Origin: Octopus vulgaris
Taxonomy: Eukaryota
NCBI GenBank assembly: GCA_951406725.2
Contig: OX597823.1
Span: 83,390,001 to 83,454,000, forward strand
Direction of reading: 5' to 3'
DNA length: 64,000 bases
The notes beneath the pieces are model-generated. The model was not told the DNA's origin, did no database searches, and saw nothing but the letters and a program-made list of their open reading frames with translations. Shown piece after piece: positions 25,733-39,827 of this stretch. How positions within the stretch are numbered: the stretch's first letter is position 1; the number at the start of each line of letters is the position of its first letter. The position numbers were made by a program, and so were the translations under genes.

Positions 25733-26947
25733 CAGAGTGCATAAGGTATTTGAGGACATATGTTTTTGGGGTCATTGCTGCATTTTTTGCTAACTCTGTA
25801 TAATCTTTGTTTCAGAAAATAATAATGTCAGACTCTTAGCTTACTCAAGAAATGAAGAGGAATGCTGTTATTGTGGTCATAAAGGCTGAGCATAGTGATT
25901 AATAAATATCTTGATTTTTAAAAGTTGCCAGATCTTTTGTCTACAAAGTTTGTAAAGTGCTAGAGACTGAAGATGGAAATGTATCACCAGTATCAAAGCA
26001 TAAAAAGTATTCTAAATGCTCTGAAATCATCAGAACACTTGAATTTATCCAGCAACTTCAACAGACCATTGATTACAATTCCAGAAAGTCCATGAGGTCA
26101 ATTGCAAAAAATCTCCATGTGTCAGAAAGAACAATCAGAAATGTTGTCCACAGAGACATCAGATATAAGTCTTATATGATGAGGAAAGGTCAATTTGACA
26201 GAAAAATCAGAAGAAAATCACTATATCAGATCTAAAAGACTCTTAAACAAACTGAAAAATCCAGCAGAAGATTTGGTTTGGTCTTTCTCAAACAAGAAAA
26301 ACATCGACCAAGATCAAAAAGTTAACAGAAGAAATGACAAATGGTTAAGTGCAGACCCTTCTGAAGTTCCAAGAGTTATGCATACAAAATTTCCTGCAAC
26401 TCACATGGTTTTAGGGGTTGTCAGCAATGAATGATGTATGATGCCTCCATACTTCTTTCCACAAGGCCTTAAAGTTAACTCTGCCACCTACATTGAGGTC
26501 CTGGAAATAATTGTTAAGCCATGGATAGACAGTGTATGCAATGGAAGGCCATATGTGTTTCAGTAAAACTCTGCACAATCACACATGGCTCTAGTAACAC
26601 AGGAATGGATGGCTGAAAATTTTCATGATCACATAACCCCTAACGTTTGGCCTCCTAATTCCCTAGATCTCCATTGGACTATTACATGTGAAGCATTGTT
26701 GAGAGAGAGGTCAAGTCAGAGTAATGTCCAAAATGAACCAGGACCACTTGATTCAAGCATGTAGATGATTTAGTTCTCAAGTAGAAGTAGCTGCTGAAGC
26801 TAAAGGTGGCTTTATTGAATAACATTATAGAAAAGAAGCTTTATTGTTATCCCCATAGCACTTTTTGATAAATAAAGTTATCTGTTATTACATATCTGCT
26901 TTTTTTTTTTATAAACATAAGTGTTCTTAAATATCTTAAACATCCTG
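25733..26947 (+). mobile_element. Decayed full-length Tc1/mariner-superfamily (maT/DD37D-like) transposon
   Basis: TA-flanked imperfect TIRs. Broken transposase: SMRSIAKNLHVSERTIRNVVHRD (HTH), VNRRNDKWL...TKFPATHMVLGVVS, WPPNSLDL. Related relic at 50341..51180. Confidence 0.8.
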
Positions 26948-27264
26948 TATATATTATACATTGTAGTTTCTTACATCTATAAAATGACTTATTGATGAGC
27001 ACTGTTGTTTATATCCTCCCTGATAAGATTGATGCATGTTTCCACATTATTCTTCCTCTCATATTTATTTTAACGCATCTATTGAAACATATGTCGGTGA
27101 TATGGTGATATAAATGACATCTTGAGCATTTGTCTCCATTTTCCATTATTCTTATGTGTGTGTGTGTGTGTGTATTTGGCATGCTTCTTCCAGTTTCTGT
27201 CTACTAAATCCACTCTAAAGGTTTTGGTTGGCCCAAGACTATAGTATAAGACAATTACCCAAAG

Positions 27265-27795
27265 TGTTGGTTTGTTTACATCCCCATTGCTTAGTGGTTC
27301 AGCTAAAGCAATTGACAGAATAAGTTTCAGACTTAAAATTAAAAAGTCAGTACTGGGCTGAATTCATTTGACTGAACCTTTGAAGGCAGTGCTCCAGCAT
27401 GGCTGCAGTACAGCGATTGAAACAAGGAGAAGATAAAAGAATGGAATCGAGGAATTTTTCTGTAAAAGGCAAAAAAAAAACCCTTTTGTCATTTACTGAG
27501 ATTGAACGTGGAACCATGTGGTTGGAAAACAAATTTCTTAGCACACAGCCACGCCTGAGTACTTATTTCATGACAAAAGAGTTTTTTAGTCTTTCACAGA
27601 AAAATTCCTTAATTCTATTCTTTTATCTTCTTGTTTCAGTCACTGAACTGCAGCCATACTGGTGCACTGCCTTGAAAGGTTCAGTCAAATGAATTCAGCC
27701 CAGGACTGACTTTTTAATTTTAAGTCTGAACTTATTTTATCAGTTGCTTTAGCTGAACCACTAAGCTATGGGGATATAAACAAACCAACACTGGT
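27265..27795. repeat. Local inverted duplication (~225-bp arms) of a SINE-A 3' half plus flank
   Basis: Arms 27265..27492 and 27570..27795 share private variants (cttaaaattaaaaagtcag) and non-SINE flank. Confidence 0.75.
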
Positions 27796-29452
27796 TGTCA
27801 AGCAATATGTACACAATCATACATACACACACACTCTTGTGTTTACTATGAGCTTCCACATGATGTCCATCTACTAAATTCACTTACAAGGCATTCAGCC
27901 TACCTATGGCAGAGCTATAGTGCAAGACCCCTGCGCAACATCCCTGCAGTGGGATTGAAAGTGAAACCATGTACTTGCATATTATATTGACCTCAAAAAC
28001 ATCAAAAGTAAGAATTGAAATCAAGCTGCATTGGGTTTGGAGAAATATAAGGAAAATGAAACTAAGTCAGGCAAAACATAACAAACAAGACTGACAAAAT
28101 ATGGGTGTCTGCATATAATGAGTCAACCAAGTAGAACTCGAAGTTAAATCTTCCTCAAAAAAAAAAAGAAAGAAAGAAAGTTACACCTTGGGAAACAATT
28201 TAAAATATGCAAAAAGATAGGAGGGTCTTTACTGCAGTGACTGATTCTTAGATGTTAATAATCAGGCCTGGTGTTGTATCTAAACAATAACAACAACAAC
28301 AGCAGCAACATTAACAAAGGTAAAAAAATGGAAATCTGTTACTTGAAATAAATCTAAAGCAAAATATTTTCATGAACCATCATCATCATCATCATCGTCG
28401 TTTAATGTCCACTTTCCATGCTGGCATGGGTTGGACAGTTTGACTGAGGGCTGTTGAGCCAGAAGGCTGCACCAGGCTCCAATCTGGTCTGGCAAAGTTT
28501 CTACAGCTGGATGCTCTTCCTAACACCATCCACTCTGAGAGTGTAGTACCCATTAAAATATGTCCCTTGTGTGGCCCCCTGAAAAATCTTATATGGATCC
28601 TAGCTGAGGTCAACTGTTCTAAATATGCCACATGCAGTTTTAGGTTTTTTCTTGTTCCATGATAAAATTATGCCAAAATTAATTTTGCTTCTTGTTCCTC
28701 TCTTAGTCAACCACATAAAATTATCAGTCAAGTATGTATCAAAAAAAATACAATGATATCTTGGAAAACAATTTAAAATATGCAAAAAGATAGGAGAATC
28801 ATAACTGCAATGACTCATTCATAGATGTTTATTATCAGGACTGGTGTTTTATCTAAATAATAACAACAGGAATCTAAGTGCAATCTGTTTATTTCCATAC
28901 TCCTAATCTTTTTTAAACGGATTTTCCAAATACCAACCAATAAAAACTAATCTATGCATATCAGGGGTACTCAACCATTTTTTGCTTGTGAACCTCTATG
29001 ATTCCCATTTTATTTGGATGTATCCTCATAACCATTCCATGTCTAAAATGTCCTATTATATTCTTATAATTACATATTATTAGGAATAGTATTTTTTTAA
29101 AATGTGTATTGTAGAAGCATAACTGGTTTATTGCATATAAATCTTAACTACAAAATCTTATAGGGACCTCCAAGGATCTTATAGACCTCATTTGAGAAAA
29201 TTTGATGTATATTATTAGCAAATATTTTAAACACTGATTTACTGTTAAGTTATGTTATGGTTGGTTAAACAGATATATGACCATTACTGCAGTGACTAAT
29301 TTGTAGATGTTTTTAACCAAGACTGGTGTCGTAGCTAAACAACAACAACAGAAATATAAATAGAATCTATTCATTTCCTAAACTTTTTCCAACTGATTTT
29401 TTAAACACCAACCTATGAAAACTAATTTTTCTATATTATTAGAAAATATTTT

Positions 29453-29823
29453 TGGCTGTGTGGTAAGTAGCTTGCTTACCAACCACATGGTTCTGGGTTC
29501 AGTCCCACTGCATGGCACCTTGGGCAATTGTCTTTTACTATAACCTCAAGCTGACTAAACCCTTGTGAGTGAATTTGGTAGACGAAAACTGAAAGAAGCC
29601 CGTCGTATATATGTATATATATATATGTGTGTGTATATGTTTTGTGTGTCTGTGTTTGTCCCCCCAACATCATGTTTACATCCCTGTAACATAGCGGTTT
29701 GGCAAAAGATACCAATAGAATAAGTACTAGACTTACAAAGAATAAGTCCTGGGGTCGATTTGCTCGACTAAAGGGGGTGCTCCAGCATGGCCACAGTCAA
29801 ATGACTGAAGCCAGTAAAAGAGT
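29453..29823 (+). mobile_element. SINE family A
   Basis: Complete head-to-tail match to other family A copies. Confidence 0.85.
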
Positions 29824-30752
29824 AAACACTGATTTACTGCTGTTTAAGTCATGTTGTGGGTGGTTAATGGTTAAACAGATGAGTGTATTTTGGTTGAAAG
29901 GCAAACCAACAAGGACATGATGGGTCATGTTAGGTCACAGAGGTGACAATAATAGTGCAATGACATTATTCCCTATTCAGAGTGAATTTAATAAGAATTA
30001 GTAAACTAGGAACACTAAAGACTCCTTCTAAGCTTGTCTCTAAATCAGTGGGTTTCAACCATTTTTTAAATCTAAGAACCCTTTTGGATATTATTTTATT
30101 CTTGTGTATCCCCATAGCCATTCTTTGTATAAAATCTAATTTTCTAGATACTTCTTTCTAAATTCTCATTTTCTTTATCACACATTCACTTGTATAGGCT
30201 GAACTGTGTAAAGACATCAGAGAAAGAACCCTACCTGTTTCTTGAAACGTATCTAAAGCAAAATGTTTTCATGGACCCATAAAATATATACCTTGTGTGG
30301 ACCCCTGAAAATCTTATATGGATCCTAGTTGAGATAAACTGTTCTAAATATGCCACATACAGTTTTAAGTTCTTTCAAGTTCTGAGGTGAAATTATGCCA
30401 AAATTAATTACCCTTCTTGTTCCCCAGCCAAGAATTGGTAAAATAAATTCAAGATTTGTTCTAAGAAGCTACTGTATTATTGCCTTTCATCTTTTACTTG
30501 TTTCAGTCAATGGAATGTGGCCATGCTGGGACAGCACCTTGGACAATTTGAGTTGAACAAATTGACTCCAGTTCTTATTTCTATGCCTGGTGATTACTCT
30601 GTTTGCCTCGTTTGCCAAACTGCAAGGTGAAGGGGATGTTGATGCAATAACACCAGCCGTCAAAGAGTGGCTGGGGTCAACCACAGGCACAAACACATGC
30701 ATAAACATTCATATACATACACACACACTCACATATATATGTATGTATGTGT

Positions 30753-30820
<68 letters not shown>

Positions 30821-31097
30821 CTTTATTACCCACAGGATTGTAAACATAAGGGGCCAAAGAAGGACAGACAAAAGGATTAAATTGATTACATCGAGCCCAG
30901 TGCGTAACTGGTACATATTTAATTGATTTAATCAACCACCGAAAGGATGAAGGGCGAAGTCGACCTCCGCGAATTTGAACTCAGAATGTAACGCCAGGTG
31001 AAATACTATTAAGCATTTTGCCTGGAGTGCTAACGATTCTGCCAGCTCGCCACTCTAATATATATATGTACACACATACATACACGCGTGCACACAC

Positions 31098-31164
<67 letters not shown>

Positions 31165-32902
31165 ATGTGCTTGTTTCAGTTTCTGTCTGCCAAATCCACT
31201 CAAGGATTTGGTCAGCTTGAGTCTATTGTAGAAGACATTTTCCCAAGGTGCCATACGGTGAGATTGAACCTAAAAACATGTTGTTGGAAAACAAACTTCT
31301 TACCACAAAGCCATGGCGGAGTGGTTATCTATTTTCCATGAGAATTTTTTTTTTTTGCTATTTTTTTCTATTTTTACAGAGAAAATATCTTTGTTCTATC
31401 TCCTCCTTGTTTCAGTAAATGAACTGCAGCCATGCTGGAGCACCACCTTCAACAGATCAGTTGAATGAATTAATCCCAGTTCAGACTTACCAATTTCATG
31501 TTTGAAACTTATTCTGAGGGTCTATTTAACTGATATGCTAAGCTATGGGGATGTAAACAACACAACAAAGGTTATCAAGCAATAGGTGAACAATCACACA
31601 TACACACACACCTCACACACACAAACCCACGTATGCACATACATACATACACTTATACAATGGGCTTCCACACAATTTCCATCTACCAAATTCACTCACA
31701 AGGAATTCAAGCAACCTGAGACTATAGTGGAAGACCCCTGCCCAACATCCATGCAGTGGGACTGAACCTGAAACTATGTAATTGCATTTTATGATATTGT
31801 CCTTGAAAACAACACAAATAAAAACTCAAGTCAATTTTGATCAGGTTTAAAATCAGAATATAGAGGAATATAAAGAAAAGAAAGTGAATTTAGTCAGGCA
31901 AACTAAATGACTAAACATGGGTGTTTGCATACAGTGAGTCAACAAGATTAAAATAGCAGATAAATCTCCCTCAAATAAAGAAAACGACAACTTGGAAAAC
32001 TCAGTTTAAAGTATGTAAACAATATAAGATGGGGTACGTCAACCAATGGAAATTAATTTAAGCATATCATATAGACTCCACTTGAGAACCAATGTTGTAT
32101 ATTATTAGCAATATATTCAACCTTGATTTGGTGTTGTTTATGTTGTGTTGTTGGTTAATAGTTAAACAGACAAGCATGTTTTGATTGAAAAGCAGAACAA
32201 CTAGGGGAGGATTGGTTGTGTGATGTCACAGAGGTAACAATAATAGTCACTGACATTATATCCTGTTCAATATGAATTTAGTAAGAATTAGCTAACCAAG
32301 AATACATATGGCACTCTCCTGACTTCTCTCTACACTAAATGTTGCCACAGGAAATTTTAGGTTCTTTCTTGTTCCATGATAAAATTATGCCAAAATTAAA
32401 ATATAACCCTTGTGTGGATCCCTGAAAATCTTATATGGATCCTAGTTGAGATCAACTGTTCTAAATAAGCCACATGCAGTTTTAGGTTCTTTCTTGTTCC
32501 ATGATAAAATTATGCCAAAATTAATTTGGTTTCTCGTTCCTCTCTTAGTCAACCACATAAAATTATCAGTCAGGTATGTGTCAAAAAAATACAATGATAT
32601 CTTGGAAAACAATTTAAAATATGCAAAAAGATAGGAGAATCATTACTGCAGTGATTCATTCATAGATGTTTATTATCAGGACTGGTGTTATATCTAAACA
32701 ATAACAACAGGAATCTAAGTGCAATCTGTTTATTTCCATAATCCTAATCCTTTTTCAACTGACTTTCCAAACAAATAACCAATGAAAACTAATCTATGCA
32801 TATCAGGGGTACTCAACCATTTTTTGCTTGTGAACCTCTTTGATTCCCATGTTATCTGGATGTATCCTCATAACCATTCCATATCTAAAACGTCCTATTA
32901 TA

Positions 32903-33247
32903 TCTCTATATATAAAACTGAAGTTGTCTGTGTATGGCAGGTTTGGTAACCTTCAACTAACACTATCTCCTCTGAGACCCTGCAGCACAAGTTGACTAAA
33001 ATTGAGAGTATGGTAGAAGAAAAGATTCAAATAGGACCATGTTAATACCAAATATTATTTACATCAAAATGTGCTCTTTTTCTATGAAAATCCCTATTTT
33101 TACAATTTTTTTACTGCTGTGTCACCATTTTTCGGTGAATTTCAACCAGAAAAATATTCACTTAAAGAGAATAACAAGCTACATAATGCAAAATTCCAAT
33201 ACTAAAGGATTGAAACAAACCTAAGAAACGCTGGGCGATAATGCTAG
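32903..33247 (+). mobile_element. Non-autonomous Helitron
   Basis: A|TC start, degenerate 3' hairpin and CTAG|T end. Absent from the paralogous site at ~29060. Confidence 0.75.
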
Positions 33248-33318
33248 TATTCTTATAATTACATATTATTAGGAATAGTATTTAAAAAAATGTGTATTGT
33301 TGAAGCATAACTGGTTTA

Positions 33319-34494
33319 TCTCTTATTATAAAAGGCAGATTTTATCTGCCTCCCTTTGTCAGTTATAGAAATCTACAATATAGGATTTCTTCAATTACAA
33401 TTTACCTAGCATTTTTAAGAGTAGAATGCATCGGGTTTTGCCAGGTCCAGTTTTTAAAATTTAAACTCCAATTAAGCAAAATTTACAGAAAACTCACATT
33501 CTGGTGTGTATGTCAAATGCTTTTCTTAGTCTGGTTTACAGCACACGCAAACGCACACACACAGTGTGCAATGAATAAAGTGAAACTAGATGTAATATTT
33601 GTTTCTGTCTATCACGCTGATAGATACATGAGTAAAATGTATGGCAAGCTAACAGATAAGAGTGAGTGAAAATGTTCTTGGAAGAGAGTAAATAGCGACA
33701 GAGTGATTTGAGGAAGACTAAACTGAAAGTATGAAACAGTGTTTATGTATAAACAGACGACACTTATATAAACCCTTTCGTTACCAAACCGCCCGAATTT
33801 ACCTATTCATATTTAAATGAGAATATCAGAGTAAATCTCTTTAGTACATTCGTGAAAACACGTATTATACTTTGTAAACACTTCAAATACAGTTTTGTAC
33901 AAAAATCGAAGTGTAATTTTAATTCCATGAATTATGGGAGATTTTTTTCAGAAATTTGTTCCTATTGTGTTTTCAAAATTTGTAATTCTGACAAAAAATG
34001 GATACGAATTTCATTATATCAAGCAGCGAGTCAGAATTCGAAGGATTTTCTACTGAAGACCTTCATAAATCTAACTCTATGACTGAAAAAAAAAAGCATC
34101 TTTATATAAGAGTGAAGTTGTGTGTCTGTCTCCTACGATTTAGATTCGTAACTACTCCCACATTTTGCGGTGCAGTTTAACCAAAAGCGGGTATCTTATA
34201 GTCGTGATTCATATCGAGCCCTTCTGGGTATTAGCGCGCGTCTACGATGAGTCTACGATTTAAAAAAAATTTACCATCATATTTTTCCATTTTAATGCAT
34301 TTTTTTCGCTTTTATATAAGGGAAGTAACTCTCTAAAAATATCTACGATGTGTCAACGATTTAAAAAAAAAATTTACCTTAATTTTTTTTCAATTTTTAA
34401 TGCATTTTTTTTCTATTTTTTGGCTTTTACTCTCTAAAAATGCTTATATAGTTATTTCCCTTACAACCCGAGCAACGCCGGGTGATACTGCTAG
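33319..34494 (+). mobile_element. Composite non-autonomous Helitron (second 5' end at 34099)
   Basis: Inserted in ctggttta|ttgcatataa (empty site at 29123..29140). TC start, cccgagcaacgccggg hairpin, CTAG end. Contains a piggyBac-like end (ccctttcgttac) at ~33773. Confidence 0.8.
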
Positions 34495-35336
34495 TTGCAT
34501 ATAAACCTTAACTATAAAATCTTATAGGGACCTCCAAGGATCATATAGACCCCATTTAAGAAAATCTGATGTATATTATTAGCAAATATTTTAAACACTG
34601 ATTTACTGTTAAGTTGTGTTGGTTAAACAGATATATGAATAAACAGAAACATGGTTGGTTAAACAGTTAAGTGTATTTTGATTGCAGAGTAAAACAACTA
34701 GGAAAGGATGGGTCATGTTAGCCCACAGAGGTGGAAACCAAAGTACATTGACATTATTTCCTGTTTCATATGAATTTAATAGGAATTACTTAATCAAGAA
34801 TTCCATATGACCCTCTCTCCTGACTTCTCTCTTCACCAAATATTGCGACAGGAAATTTTAGAGTCTTTTATGTTCTGTGATAAAGTTATGCCAAACTTAA
34901 TTTTGCTTCTTCTTCCTCTGCCAGTCAGCCAAATAAAAATAGCAGTTAAATCTTCCTCAAAAACAGAAAAATGACAGCCTGGAAAACTCAGTTTAAAATG
35001 TGATGAAATATAGCATGATTATTACTGCAGTGACTGATTTTTTAAACACCAACCTATGAAAACTAATTTTTCTATAATATATTCTTATAATTACATATTA
35101 TTAGGAATAGTATTTTTAAAAATGTGTATTGTAGAAGTGTAACTGGTTTATTGCATATAAACCTTAACTACAAAATCTTATATGGACCTCCAAGGATCTT
35201 ATAGACCCCATTTGAGAACTTACAGGTAAGTGTATTTTGATTGAAGAGCAAAACAACTAGGAAAGGATGGGTCATGTTAGCTCACAGGGGTGGCAACCAA
35301 AGTACATTGACATTATTTCCTGTTTAATATGAATTT

Positions 35337-36150
35337 ACTAGGTCGTCAAGTATGAAATTTGTAGTAAGGTATATGGTAAAATTTAACAGCTGCTCACTTT
35401 GCGCCGTTATTATATTTTGACAAATTTTATTTTTTGTTAGAAAGCTGACACATCTATTTCTTTATTCTAACTCATTTTGTGCTTTATAAAGTATTTATAA
35501 ATCGTTCTTTGCTATTTTTGTTTAGAGATAGTTAAGTTGGAAATTCGTACAGTTTTCATATATGAGTTCTTTCTTGAAAATACAGCATCACAGACAGCTC
35601 GGAATATTAATGGAGTATTTTATTCTAATTTTATTACACAGCAGACAGTATCAAATTGGTTTGCAAAATTTTTTCCTGGTAACTTTGACCTCACAAATGA
35701 GCAATGCGGTCAAGCAGAAACAAAGGTAGATAACAAGGAGCTGAATGCCACCATTGAGTCAGAACCATCTCAAAGTGCCCGTGAATTATCGTTGTTGTTT
35801 GGTGTTAGCAAGAAACAATATTGACTCACCTAGTTCAAATTGGTAAAGTGAAAAAGTTGGATAAGTGGGTTCCACAAGAACTCAATGAAAATCAGAGACA
35901 GCAACGTTTGGAAGCCTGCATTATGCTAATTTCTCATCACAAAAATTAATCATTTGTTAATCAAATTGTAACGTGGTGAGAAATGGATCCAATACAACAA
36001 CCATAAATGTTCAGCACAATGGTTGGACAAAGATAAGCCACCAAAGTGCAGTCCAAAAAACAAAATTCATCAAAAGAAGCTGATGGTGTGTGTTTGGTGA
36101 CCTGGCAAAGGTGTGATCCATTATGATTTCCTTAAACCTGGCTCATCAAA
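35337..36150 (+). mobile_element. 5' part of a decayed mariner transposon
   Basis: Transposase remnants ASQTARNIN...TVSNWFAKF, KKLDKWVPQELNENQ and EKWIQYNN, with stops. Truncated by microsatellite and SINE. Confidence 0.85.
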
Positions 36151-36181
36151 TAAAAGAATATACATATACATACACACACAT

Positions 36182-36234
<53 letters not shown>

Positions 36235-36625
36235 TTCTTTTATGCTTTTACTTGTTTGAGTCATTTGACTGTGGCCATGTTGGAGTGCCGCCTTTACTTG
36301 AGCAAATCGACCCCAGGACTTATTCTTTGTAAGCGTAGTACTTATTCTATCAGTTTCTCTTGCCGAACCGTTAAGTGACAGGGACATAAACACACTAGCA
36401 TCGGTTGTAAAACAATGTTGGGGGAACAAACACATACATACATACATACATACATACATACATACACACGACGGGCTTCTTTCAGTCTACCAAATCCACT
36501 CACAAGGCTTTGGTCGGCCCGAGGCTATAATAGAAGACACTTGCCCAAGGTGTCACGCAGTGGGACTGAACCCGGAACCATGTGGTTCGTTAGCAAGCTA
36601 CTTACCACACAGCCACTCCTGTGCC
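36235..36625 (-). mobile_element. SINE family A
   Basis: Near full-length copy. Confidence 0.85.
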
Positions 36626-37209
36626 TAGCTAACAATAAAACTATATGACCCTCTTCTATCCCCTCTCTAAAGTAAATGTTGTCTCAGACAGTTTTAGATA
36701 TTTTCATGTTCTAACTTAACTATTTCAATTCTAATTGAATTGAGGTCCTGTGTATACCTGAGGAAAACTTTTATTTCTATCCAATAATAAAAAATGAAGT
36801 GGTTCTCTGTCAATTGTGACAGTGAGGGTTGCAGCTGACCCAATCAACGGAACAGCTTGCAAGTCGCTGAGCACTCCACAGACACGCGTTCCCTGTATGA
36901 GTTTAATCCCCTACAGTAACAGGGCAGTGGCTGGGGAAACAATTTGAGAGAAAATGCGGTGTGCTAAAAGTTGAATACAGTAAAATGAATAGGGCCTTAG
37001 CCTTGCAAGTAATGAGGTGATCATTATAAGCACTGGTACCATGAAAAAAATGGATCCATACACTCTGTAAGATGTTTGGTATCATAGGGAAGGCATCCAT
37101 ATGTAGACAGTGTGTCAAGGAAGACGTTAGTGCAGGATAAAGTCCTCGAATTCCTCAGGACCTGTCAAACCATCCAACCTATGCTATCCATGCAAGCAAA
37201 TACAAGTTG

Positions 37210-37690
37210 AATGATTATGATGAAGATCATGATGATGAGAAAGAGGAGGAGGAGGAAGAAGAGGTGGAGAATGAAGACAATGACTGTGACAAAAGTGATG
37301 ACGATGGTGATGAAGATAATGGTGATGATGACGATGACAGTGATAATGGTGATGATGATGACGATGATGATAATAGTGATGATGGTGATGATGACGATGA
37401 TGCTGATAGCAACAATAGTAATGATGATGATGATGGCAATGACGATGATGATGATAATGAAAATGATAATGGTGATGTTGATGATGACAATGACGACGAC
37501 AACAATGAAGGTGATGACTGTAATGATGATGATGATGATGATGAAGATTATGATGATGATGAAAATGATGATGAAGATGATGATGATGATGATGACGGCG
37601 ATGATGATGATGATGATAATGATGGTCTCATTGATGATGATGAAGATGATGATGATGATGATGATAACGATGGTCTCATATTGATGACGA
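37210..37690 (+). repeat. Expanded degenerate (GAT)n tract
   Basis: Directly follows a decayed RTE 3' end (gtcaaaccatccaacctatgcta), whose copies end in (GAT)n. Confidence 0.85.
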
Positions 37691-37939
37691 TGAATGCTTC
37701 TATCGCATACAGCAGTCGGTTGTGTTCACTGACCACATCCGAATATATTGATGACTATAAAAGGTGAGAAGTGTTCCGTCTGATGACACAATCTAAGTGC
37801 AAGTGAAAAGGATACGGAGCTGCGCCTCCTCAGTTCATCAGATTTCCTGGAAAAGAACTTCCTTGTAAGGCTTGTCGCACCAAATATACTACAAACATTC
37901 TTTTAACACTTCCTGTTCTTTCAGGCAAATTAACACGAA

Positions 37940-38440
37940 GGGAAAAGTGGTAGTGGTGGCAGTGGTGGGAATGGTGGTGGTGGTGGCGATAGCAGTAATG
38001 GTGACAGTGGAGGCGGTGGTGGTGGGAGTGGTGATGAATACAGTGGTGGTAATGGTGGTAATGGTGGAGGTGCTGGTGATAGCAGTGATGGTGACAGTGG
38101 AGGCGGTGGTGGTGGGAGTGGTGATGATGACAATGGTGGTGGTGGTGGTGATAGCAGTGATGGTGACAGTGGAGGCGGTGGTGGCAGTGGTGATGGCGGC
38201 AACAGCAGCAACGGTGGTGGCGATGGTGGTATTGGCGGTAATAGTGGTAGTGATGGTGGTGGTGGTGGTGGTGGTGGCGGTAATGGCGGTGGTGGTGGTG
38301 GTGGTGGTGGCGGTAATGGCGGTGGTGGTAGGTGTGGTGATGATAGTGGAAATTGTAGTAGGATTGTGTATGAATTCTTTCTACCGATTTAACACAAAAT
38401 GCAATATTATCCGCCCACGAAATTATACCCATTCACCTCT
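37940..38440 (+). repeat. (GGT)n-rich block plus unique flank, paralogous to 42920..43210 + 46716..46745
   Basis: Shared gatagcagtgatggtgacagtggaggcgg units and the shared flank ttaacacaaaatgcaa-attatccgc(c/t)cacgaaattat. Confidence 0.8.
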
Positions 38441-38965
38441 AATTGTCTGGTGAAAGTCTCTCATTTTTTCTTTGTCTCTCTCTCGCTTTCTCTTTGTCAC
38501 TCTCTCTCTCTTCCCCTGATTTTTAACCTTTACAGCACCAATCCTAAACCTCCTCTGGTTTTACCATACAATACTTCCCTTTCTAAATTGTCCATAACTA
38601 AACAAACCTTCTGTCATAATTTTACATAAGAACCTTTTGTAAGTTATGTTCCAGTCACCAGTTTTAATAACAAACTCTTTCACTCTTTTTACTCTTTTGC
38701 TTGTTTCAGTCATTTGACTGCAGCCATGCTAGAGCACCGCCTTTAGTCGAGCAAATCGACCCGAGGACTTATGCTCTGTAATCTATTTTGACGAACCACT
38801 AAGTTACGGGGATGTAAACACACCACCATTGGTTATCAAGAGATGTTAGGGGGACAAACACAGACACACAAACATATATATATACATATATTTATATTAA
38901 ATTAGAAATAAAACCGCTATTAGGCAAATCAAATATTATTATTATATATATACATATATATATAT

Positions 38966-39184
38966 CTCTTTTTTCTCTTTTCTCTTTTACTTGTTTCAGT
39001 CATTTGACTGCAGCCATGCTGGAGCACCACCTTTAATTGAGCAACTCGACCCCGGGACTTATTCTTTTGTAAGCCCAGTACTTATTCTATCGGTCTGTTT
39101 TGCCGAACCACTAAGTAACGGGGACATAAACACACCAGCATCAATTGTCAAGCAATGCTAGGGGGTCAAACACAGACACACACA

Positions 39185-39224
<40 letters not shown>

Positions 39225-39389
39225 TACGAGGGGCTTCTTTCAGTTTCCGTCTACCAAATCCACTCCCAAGGCGTTGGTCGGTCCGAGGCTATAGTAGAAG
39301 ACACTTGCCCAAGGTGCCACGCAGTGGGACTGAACCCGGAACCATGTGGTTGGTAAGCAAGCTACTTACCATACAGCCACTCCTGCGCC
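38966..39389 (-). mobile_element. SINE family A (young-looking copy)
   Basis: Complete from the ggcgcaggagtggctg head to the aaaagag tail. A partial copy lies just upstream at 38680..38880. Confidence 0.85.
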
Positions 39390-39394
39390 TATAT

Positions 39395-39474
<80 letters not shown>

Positions 39475-39678
39475 GTGACCTTGTGTGTACCGTTGGCGAT
39501 TTTTTTTCCTCTGTCTTCCCTTCTCTGGATCTTTCCTTTTCCTATGTTTCCAACGAAGATATCTGCTCAAAACGTTAAACCCTCCTTCTTTCCTTCTTTC
39601 CTGAGCGTCCAATAATACTATATTTGTTCCACGTCCTCGCGTTGTTGTGTTTTTTTTTGTGCTTTCTTGTTTGGATTA

Positions 39679-39827
<149 letters not shown>

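Larger units (their letters stand above)
27570..35340 (+). repeat. Diverged local tandem segmental duplication (~3.8-kb offset) with internal sub-repeats
   Basis: 28566..29270 aligns with 32408..32900 + 33248..33318 + 34495..34640. 27570..28150 aligns with 31330..31970. A gtcacagaggt...tgacattat motif recurs at ~29930, 32225, 34720 and 35280. Confidence 0.8.

Noticed and set aside
37207-37767. 186-aa Asp-rich ORF (possible biomineralisation protein)
   Set aside because: TTG start, no signal peptide, and it is the expanded (GAT)n tail of a decayed RTE 3' end. Several frames are open simply because of the triplet repeat.
37772-37820. Hammerhead or C/D-box-like CTGATGA...GAAA
   Set aside because: The stem II closing pair and stem III/cleavage triplet cannot be formed, and there is no matching D box.
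37830-38453. His-rich, Val-rich and Pro-rich ORFs (possible beak His-rich protein)
   Set aside because: Alternative readings of a (GGT/ACC)n tract. No GHG-type repeats or signal peptide, and the paralogous block does not conserve a frame.
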